Position numbers and translations under genes: made by a program. Shown in pieces: positions 48,869-55,797 of a stretch of DNA of 64,000 bases; within the stretch, counting starts at the first letter, position 1; every line of letters begins with the position of its first letter. The DNA is taken from contig CAVVMJ010000010.1 of assembly GCA_963749445.1 (NCBI GenBank), positions 117,738 through 181,737 of the forward strand. Direction: 5' to 3'. The notes beneath the pieces were generated by a model that saw only the letters and a list, made by a program, of their open reading frames with translations, searched no databases and was not told where the DNA came from. The DNA is from an uncultured bacterium (lineage in GTDB: Bacteria; Patescibacteriota; Doudnabacteria; UBA920).

Positions 48869-48937
48869 GCTCCAACCACCTCCCCCGCTTCGCGGGGTAC
48901 TCCTCCTCTGCAAGGAGGAGAGGCTCCGCGGCAACTC

Positions 48938-50218
48938 CTATTTTGCTTCCCCCAATGTCACTTTGACGTCTTTTTCTTTACCCTGATGGTAAACCCGCAG
49001 AGTAACTGTATCCCCGACACCATAAGTTTGAAGCAGGCTAGACAAGGTGTTATCGTTGTTAACCTCGGTGCCATTAACCGCCAAAATAATGTCGTTTTCA
49101 GCCAGTCCCGCGGCCGCGGCCGGACTGCCCGGCACCACTCCGCTTTCCCCGGGGTTACTGCCGGCGACAATGAGCGCGCCGGCATTAAAAGCCAGCTTTT
49201 GCTGTTTTGCCAGGGTGTCGGTAATCATAACGTAGCGCACGCCCAAAAACGGTTCCGCAATGTGGCCGTTTTTCTGAAAACTGGCCAACGCCCGCTGGGC
49301 CGCACTGGACGGCAAAGCAAAACCGACCAACTGTCCTTGGTCATCAATAGCGGTATTAATACCGATAACCTGCGCCTGTATGTTCAAAAGCGGGCCGCCG
49401 CTGTTGCCTGGGTTAATGGCCGCGTCAGTCTGGATTACGCCGGATAACTGCTCGCTGCCGCTGCCGACATCGCTGCCCGCGGTAATGCTTCGCGACGTGC
49501 CGGAAATAATTCCCGAAGTCACCGTGTTCTGGTATTGACCCAGGGAATTGCCGATGGCCACGACCCGCTGGCCAATTTGGATTTTGGAGGAATCGGCCAA
49601 AGTTAAAAATGGCGCGTCGGCAATGTTGATTTTGATAATCGCCAAATCATTCACCGGATCCTGCGACATAACTTTGGCATCATAACTTTTGCCGTCCGAA
49701 GTAATCACGGTATAACTGGCCGTGGTATCGCTGACCACGTGCTTGTTGGTTAAAATCAAACCGTCCGCTGAAACAAAAAATCCGCTGCCCGCCCCGACTT
49801 CCTGAATGTTCGGCGTTTGGGGATACTGCTGCTGCCCGCGGCCGCCAAAGAAAAAATAAAACGGGTCAGTATTGCCGGGGTTCATACCGTATCCGGGAAC
49901 CTTATTCAAATCCTGCGAGATGATAATGGAAACCACGGCCGGGCTGGCTTTTTTGACCACGTCGATAATCGCAGAATCCTCATTCAGCGTGATATTTTGG
50001 GTGGCGGATAAAACGCCGGCCGATTTTTGCGCGTCCGGGCCGCGGAGCAAATAATAGGTACTCAAACTGCCACCGAGCATGCCAAAAATCAGGCTTAAAA
50101 CCACTAAAAGCACAATGGGATTGTGCTGATAATGCGGCCGCGGCACCGGATTGTTAATTTCTGACGGATTCTGGCTTGCGGAAACCGGGATTTCCGGCTT
50201 GTTTTCAAAATTTTCCAT
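48938..50218 (-). CDS. htrA: HtrA/DegP-family serine protease with one PDZ domain
   Basis: TM, GSGFFV, TNKHVV, DLA, QTDAAINPGNSGGPL, PDZ. Confidence 0.93.
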   Translation of the reverse strand: MENFENKPEIPVSASQNPSEINNPVPRPHYQHNPIVLLVVLSLIFGMLGGSLSTYYLLRGPDAQKSAGVLSATQNITLNEDSAIIDVVKKASPAVVSIIISQDLNKVPGYGMNPGNTDPFYFFFGGRGQQQYPQTPNIQEVGAGSGFFVSADGLILTNKHVVSDTTASYTVITSDGKSYDAKVMSQDPVNDLAIIKINIADAPFLTLADSSKIQIGQRVVAIGNSLGQYQNTVTSGIISGTSRSITAGSDVGSGSEQLSGVIQTDAAINPGNSGGPLLNIQAQVIGINTAIDDQGQLVGFALPSSAAQRALASFQKNGHIAEPFLGVRYVMITDTLAKQQKLAFNAGALIVAGSNPGESGVVPGSPAAAAGLAENDIILAVNGTEVNNDNTLSSLLQTYGVGDTVTLRVYHQGKEKDVKVTLGEAK

Positions 50219-50353
50219 AAAAAAACTGTGCTTAAATTAAGACAGATCCCTCGCTTCGCTCGGGACAAAATGACCAAAAGTCATTTTGATTATAACATAT
50301 TACCTTAAAATACTAAAATCAGCCCCGCTTAGGTTCAGGGCTGGTTGGTTTGA

Positions 50354-50452
50354 TTGATGGGTATCTTCGTGGTTCCACAATCCTCAGCCGATATCTATCC
50401 GATAACGACAAGTAAAGGTCGAGGGATGTGTTGGCAAGAAGATGCCCATCAA
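50354..50452. repeat. 99-bp TTGATGGGCATCTTCG-family element
   Basis: TTGATGGGTATCTTCG / AGAAGATGCCCATCAA. Confidence 0.85.
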
Positions 50453-50459
50453 CCGGTGT

Positions 50460-52136
50460 CTAAGGATTTTGCGTCGACGAACCCGCCGCGCAGCCGCCCG
50501 GCAGCTGGGCGCAGGCCTGGTTGAGCAAACTTTGGGTCGTGGGCGCGGGCGGGGGCTGCTGGTACGGGGTACCGGTAATGGGTACAATCGGGGCCAGCTG
50601 GGCCGCGGCCAGGCAGGTGGCCTGCTCTTTAAGCACGCCGCCGCTGCTCGGGCTGCGCGGGCTGACCGTGGCGCCGCTGAACAAAAATTTGGTAAACAAA
50701 GTCTGGGAAATTTGCGCCACGAACTGGCTAATGAAACTTCCAGCGTTGCTGTTTCCGAGCTGCATAATCTCGTTTAAACTGGCCTGCTCGCCGCCGGCAA
50801 TGGCATTGACCGACGTGGCAATGCCGCCGTTCAGCGCGTCCCTGGGGCTCTTTAAACCGTTACTGGTGAGTTCGCGGTCAGCCGCGGCCTGGGCCGCGCT
50901 CTCGGTTTGCGCCGCCAAATCCTGATAGTAAAGCTCCTGGCCGTTTGACGAAGCCATAAAGTTGCCGACCGAAGCCAATTTTTGATAGTAATTCGGGTCG
51001 CTCGGGTTCAAACTGGAAGGATCAAAACCCAAATACTGGCTGGCTTTGGCCTGGAAAATCGGTTTTAGGTTTTGGTTTTGTTTGTTGCAGGAAAACTGTG
51101 GAATCAATTGTTTGATAATGTTTTGGTCAAGCGAGCTGTCAACATATTTGTTTAAATAATCGTTGGCGTATTGGCCGGAAACCAAGGCGTCGGAATAATA
51201 CAGAAAGTTGGCAATTTTGTAATTGCTTTCAATTTTTTGCACCATCTGCTCCAAAAACGACGCCATAAACTGGGTAAAAGACGAAACCAGCCCTTGCTGC
51301 ACCGTATCCATAATGATGCGCGGGATATCGCCGACAGTAATGGTAACGTCGCCGAGGCCAAAAACCGCGCGTGCCTCGGGAATTAAAACAAAATGGCTGC
51401 CGCTTTTTTGCGCGTAATAAATTGTTTCATCGGCAAGATGGTATTTACCGACTAACTGATTATAGGCGGCGGTAAAAGCCTGAAAACTTTGGTTAATGGC
51501 CGCGTAATTTTGGTAAGTGTCGGCCCAGGGCTGGGTGTTCTGACCGGACGTATACTGCTTTGACAAATCCAGCAGCCGGCCGTAGGAAATATAAGCAGAA
51601 ACCAATGCCGTTTGCGCGGGCAGCGCTTCTTTGGGCACCGGCGCGGCGGTTAATTTACGGAAGGCTTGATTGTATTCTTTGCTGATGGTGGCCGCGGAAT
51701 TGGGGTCGGTAAATAATTGTTTGTTAAGATCGGATGTGTTTTGACTAAAGGCGACTAAAGGCCCGATCGCCGCGGTAAAGTAAGCTTCCACGGCTTTTTG
51801 TCCGGAGGCTGAAGTTAAGTTTAAAGTTTTTTGGTCAACCGTCGGCAGCACCACCGGCTGGCTGGTTTTAAGCTGCGCCTCCACCTCCTGCCGTATGTCA
51901 GCCTGCGTCAAAATGCTCTGGAACAATTCCTGGCTGGCCACCGGGTCGGTCTGGATGCTGGCCAAATACACGGCGTAAGCCTTCTGCTCAGCCTCTGATT
52001 GCTGCTGCAGCTTGGCGTAATCCGTGGTGTCTTTATACCGAAAATCGCTTTTCTGAAAAACCGTTATGCAAACCAAAACCAACACTACAACCATGCTCAC
52101 GCCAAAATAAACTTTTTGGGATTTTGTTTCTAACAT
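50460..52136 (-). CDS. Hypothetical membrane-anchored extracellular protein
   Basis: 558 aa, N-terminal TM, Gln/Ala-rich, predicted helical, a few Cys. Confidence 0.75.
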   Translation of the reverse strand: MLETKSQKVYFGVSMVVVLVLVCITVFQKSDFRYKDTTDYAKLQQQSEAEQKAYAVYLASIQTDPVASQELFQSILTQADIRQEVEAQLKTSQPVVLPTVDQKTLNLTSASGQKAVEAYFTAAIGPLVAFSQNTSDLNKQLFTDPNSAATISKEYNQAFRKLTAAPVPKEALPAQTALVSAYISYGRLLDLSKQYTSGQNTQPWADTYQNYAAINQSFQAFTAAYNQLVGKYHLADETIYYAQKSGSHFVLIPEARAVFGLGDVTITVGDIPRIIMDTVQQGLVSSFTQFMASFLEQMVQKIESNYKIANFLYYSDALVSGQYANDYLNKYVDSSLDQNIIKQLIPQFSCNKQNQNLKPIFQAKASQYLGFDPSSLNPSDPNYYQKLASVGNFMASSNGQELYYQDLAAQTESAAQAAADRELTSNGLKSPRDALNGGIATSVNAIAGGEQASLNEIMQLGNSNAGSFISQFVAQISQTLFTKFLFSGATVSPRSPSSGGVLKEQATCLAAAQLAPIVPITGTPYQQPPPAPTTQSLLNQACAQLPGGCAAGSSTQNP

Positions 52137-52177
52137 AAATTTTAATTAATTTTGATTTTTACGATCTCAAATTAAGT

Positions 52178-53761
52178 CTACTCTATTAATTCCCCACCGA
52201 ACACCTTGAGCACGTCGCCCAAGTTTACTGCCGCGCCTTCGGCCGCCAGTGGTTTGATTACCGCGCCGCGCACGGCCAGGGGCTTGCCGCTGATTTCCCG
52301 GATGACTGATGAAATCATGGCTTGATTTTTAGCATTTTCCAAATTGGCTTTGTCAAAATTAAACTTCACGCCCACAATTATGGCCCGGCCCAAAACGCCG
52401 TCTAGTGACGCGGTCTTAATTAAACTGGCCAGCGGACAGTTGCGCTTTTTGAGTTCCGCGATAAATTTTGGCCACCAAGCGCGGACTTCCTCCAAAGTTA
52501 TGGCTTCGGCCAAAGGAGTTTCATCGTCCGCCGATAATTCCGCGACCTCATCTTTTTTTGTTTCCGGATGATTACTGACCACGACCGTCGGTTGTTTAAC
52601 CGGCGCTGACAGAACCGCCGATCCGATTTTCTGATTTTCCGATTTATCCGATTTGCCGGATCTCCGCTGCGCCGCTTCCAAAGCCGCCAACAGCAGCGGA
52701 ATCTCGCCGCGCGGGCTGGAATTCAAATCTTTATACGACTTTAAAAACAGCCGCACGATAAAAATCAATTCCTGCGGATTGGCCAAAGCGGCCTGCTTTT
52801 TTATCTCCTCCTCGTGTTCTTTAGCCAGACCGGATAAACCTCCGCCGCTGACCTGAAAAATTAAAATTTTGCGCAAATATTCCAAAAAGTCGCGGTTAAA
52901 CACGGCCAAGTCCGCGCCCTGTTCCGATAAATTATCAAAAAACGCGGGAATCTCCGCCATCTTGCCGGCCAAAATGTGGCCAAGCAAACGGTGGCAGACG
53001 CCAAAGTCTGTAATGCCCAACAGCTGCTGGCAATCTTCCAAAGTGGCGTCTTCTCCCAAGGTAATAACTTTATCCAGCAAACTTAAAGCGTCGCGGACGC
53101 TGCCCTCGGCGTTGTCCGCAATCAGCCTTAAAATTTCTTTATTTAATTTAAAATGTTCAGCCTTTAAAATCTTTTCCAGATGTTCGGCCAATTCCCCGGG
53201 TTCCAACAGCTTAAAGTCAAACCGCTGGGTGCGCGAGATAATCGTAGCCGGCACTTTGTTGGCTTCGGTGGTAGCCAGCACAAAAATGGCATGCTGCGGC
53301 GGCTCTTCCAAAGTTTTCAAAAGCGCGTTAAACGCGCCCTTGCTGAGCATATGGACTTCATCGATGATAAAAACTTTATACTTGCCCACGGACGGGCTGA
53401 ACCTGACGTGCTCCACCAAATCGCGGATATTGTCCACGCCGGTGTTGGACGCGGCGTCAATTTCCACCAAATCCAAAAAGTTGCCGTTCTGTATTGCCAT
53501 GCAATTTGCGCACTTGCCGCAAGGGTCCCCCTCATCCGACTTAGCCCTTAGCCCTTCACCCTTAGCCCTATTCTCGCAATTCACCGCCTTGGCCAACAAA
53601 CGCGCCAAAGTGGTTTTGCCAATGCCGCGGCTGCCAGTAAATAAATAAGCGTGCGCGACCGAACCCGCCGCCACCTGATTTTTCAACGTGCGAATAATGT
53701 GCTTTTGCCCCAAAACCTCTGCGAAGGTCTGCGGTCGATATTTGCGATATAGTACAGCCAT
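52178..53761 (-). CDS. dnaX: DNA polymerase III gamma/tau subunit
   Basis: LYRKYRPQTF, GSRGIGKTT, EIDAASN, IIDEVHML, SRTQ, GSVRDA. Confidence 0.96.
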   Translation of the reverse strand: MAVLYRKYRPQTFAEVLGQKHIIRTLKNQVAAGSVAHAYLFTGSRGIGKTTLARLLAKAVNCENRAKGEGLRAKSDEGDPCGKCANCMAIQNGNFLDLVEIDAASNTGVDNIRDLVEHVRFSPSVGKYKVFIIDEVHMLSKGAFNALLKTLEEPPQHAIFVLATTEANKVPATIISRTQRFDFKLLEPGELAEHLEKILKAEHFKLNKEILRLIADNAEGSVRDALSLLDKVITLGEDATLEDCQQLLGITDFGVCHRLLGHILAGKMAEIPAFFDNLSEQGADLAVFNRDFLEYLRKILIFQVSGGGLSGLAKEHEEEIKKQAALANPQELIFIVRLFLKSYKDLNSSPRGEIPLLLAALEAAQRRSGKSDKSENQKIGSAVLSAPVKQPTVVVSNHPETKKDEVAELSADDETPLAEAITLEEVRAWWPKFIAELKKRNCPLASLIKTASLDGVLGRAIIVGVKFNFDKANLENAKNQAMISSVIREISGKPLAVRGAVIKPLAAEGAAVNLGDVLKVFGGELIE

Positions 53762-53802
53762 AAAGTCACTTTATTATATCATTATACCTCTATAAATACA
53801 AA

Positions 53803-53831
53803 GTAGGGAACGGTTTGAAACCGTTCCCTAC
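53803..53831. repeat. GTAG-type REP palindrome
   Basis: GTAGGGAACGGTTTGAAACCGTTCCCTAC. Confidence 0.8.
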
Positions 53832-53863
53832 ATCAGCATACGATCATCGACAAATAAGCGGAA

Positions 53864-54529
53864 TTACTTCTTAAACACAAAAATCTTATACCCGATAAAG
53901 TTCCAAATCAGGGAAACCAGGGTGGCTAAAATTTTGGCGATGTTTTTATTTAAGTCCGCGCTGGCGACTAATTGGAGATGGGAAGAAATCAAACCGATGA
54001 GCACACTGTTAATAGCCAAACCGATAATGCTCACAAACAAAAAGGCCAAAAATTCGCTGGCCGCCTGCTTGGGCGGCGCGTTTTTGTTTAATTCAAAACC
54101 ATACCACAAAACAATTTCCGCAATAACAAAAATCGCCAAAATAATCAAATAAAAACTTGCCGGCGCGCTCGCGTTGGAACCAAGCAATACAATCAAAACC
54201 GCCAGAGCTCCCAAAGCGCCGACCAAAACCAAACGGATAAAATTTTTCCACAAACTGACTATCTGTCCCGCGTTAAACGCCCAATAATGGTTCCAAAAAT
54301 AGCTTTGGATCACGGCCAGGGAAAAACCGATGACATTGATACTGCCAAGCTGCAGTCCCGAGCTGATGCCGAAAGTTTTGGACACCACGTTCAGCACTAT
54401 AAAATCCAGCGCCGTGTTAATGACGCCGATGGCCCCAAACCGGAGCACTTGAAGAATTATAGGATATTTTTGTAATTGAACTTCTATTTTGCTGCTCAAA
54501 TTTTGGTTTATTTGTAGGTTTGTTTCCAT
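53864..54529 (-). CDS. GtrA family protein with an extra internal segment
   Basis: RFGAIGVINTALDF, SYFWN..W.F, AKILAT....WNF.GYK.FVF. Confidence 0.85.
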   Translation of the reverse strand: METNLQINQNLSSKIEVQLQKYPIILQVLRFGAIGVINTALDFIVLNVVSKTFGISSGLQLGSINVIGFSLAVIQSYFWNHYWAFNAGQIVSLWKNFIRLVLVGALGALAVLIVLLGSNASAPASFYLIILAIFVIAEIVLWYGFELNKNAPPKQAASEFLAFLFVSIIGLAINSVLIGLISSHLQLVASADLNKNIAKILATLVSLIWNFIGYKIFVFKK

Positions 54530-54534
54530 ATTAG

Positions 54535-54739
54535 TAGAAGCGAATTTAAACGCGAATTAATCTACGCGAAAGTAAACCCCGCACCACTTTTCACTAACCT
54601 AATCCGGTGCGATGGTTGCACATTTGACTACGCAAACATTCCTACACCTATAGATGTTAATCTGTTAAAAGTGGTGCGGGGTAAACGCGAATTCGCGATA
54701 TGTTCGCGTTGCAGCCTTCGCGTCTATCCTTCGCTTCTA
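54535..54739. repeat. Tandem-repeat hairpin (CGCGAA unit) interrupted by a MITE
   Basis: TAGAAGCGAA..CGCGAA / TTCGCG..TTCGCTTCTA. Confidence 0.75.
54577..54681. mobile_element. 105-bp MITE-like element
   Basis: Perfect TIR CCCCGCACCACTTTT / AAAAGTGGTGCGGGG; TAAA on both sides. Confidence 0.75.
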
Positions 54740-55345
54740 AAGTTCCTCGTCCACGTCCACATTAACCGCGGTGCTAGACATTTCCAGGTCCGCGTGTGCG
54801 CCGCCAGAATTCTTTTTAATCACGTTCTCCACGGCCGACCACTCCGACACTTGGTCTTTAGGCACAACGATGGTGACTTCGTCACCCGGCTCTGCTTTAA
54901 AATAAGTCAGGCTGGCCAGCAAAACTTTATAGGCTTTGCCTTCGGCCATGACGCGGAAATCGCCCTTGTCGTCAACCAAAAGCATGCCCAGCATTTTCTT
55001 GCGCTCCACCGGACCGATCTGCTTGTAAATAAATGAGCCGTCTTCGGCAATGGTCAATTTTAACACATCGCCCTCCACCAGTTTGGATTTGGATGCGTAA
55101 TTGGCCGGCACGGGGTACTGTTTTTTGTCCGGCCCGATCATATTTTGTCCGTCAAACACGCCCTCAATAATTTTGCCGCCTTCGGACACGGTAAAGTCTT
55201 TAACCTTGTCGGCCAAATGGCCGTTTGATTTTGTAGCCGGCGCGTTGCCCATAAGTTCGCGCAGCATCTGCTTGGCAGACTGAATATTCTTGTCCGCGGA
55301 ATCAATCATCTGGGCGATCATGGCTAAATTGGAAAGTTTGTCCAT
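54737..55345 (-). CDS. Hypothetical protein
   Basis: IEGVFDGQNM...YPVPANYASKSKLVEGD.LKLTI..DG.F.YKQIGP; clean 202-aa ORF. Confidence 0.85.
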   Translation of the reverse strand: MDKLSNLAMIAQMIDSADKNIQSAKQMLRELMGNAPATKSNGHLADKVKDFTVSEGGKIIEGVFDGQNMIGPDKKQYPVPANYASKSKLVEGDVLKLTIAEDGSFIYKQIGPVERKKMLGMLLVDDKGDFRVMAEGKAYKVLLASLTYFKAEPGDEVTIVVPKDQVSEWSAVENVIKKNSGGAHADLEMSSTAVNVDVDEEL

Positions 55346-55561
55346 TTTTGTTTTCCTTTTTACTTTAAAAGATGATAAATGTATAGGGTACGATAAAATC
55401 GCATCCTATTGTATTTACGAGATAAAACTGCTTTTTGTTTCAGTAAATAGCGCCTTTTTAGCGCCCACTGTAAGCTGTAGATAGTATACCACCAAACAAA
55501 AAATTAGGCAAATCCACATTATCAGCATAACTATCCGAGCCTTTTCCGCCCAATGGATCCT

Positions 55562-55797
55562 CCCCTGCGGCAGAACTGCGAAGTAACATCTGCATTTTGG
55601 TGTTCCATTCCGAGCGAGTTCGAATGCAGCTGAGGACGAGCCGAGGAATCTATCACTTTTACAGATCCCTCCGCTCCTCCTCGCCCATTCGGCTCCGCTC
55701 AGGGCGACCCTGAGTTTATCGAACGGGTCGGATGCTACTTAGTCGTCGGTCGGGATGGAACATCCGGAACAGAATTCCGAGGAAATATTCTTGATTA
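55562..55797. repeat. Three-level nested palindromic element
   Basis: Outer CCCC.GC.GCAGA.CTGCGA...CGAGGAAAT..TTGATT, middle CCATTCCGAG...CGGGATGG (55605-55758), inner CCCATTCGGCT.CGCTCAGGGCGACCCTGAG. Confidence 0.8.

Noticed and set aside
3713-50452. Dispersed repeats as a CRISPR array or integron attC sites
   Set aside because: They are not regularly interspaced, there is no cas or integrase gene in the window, and they lack RYYYAAC/GTTRRRY ends.
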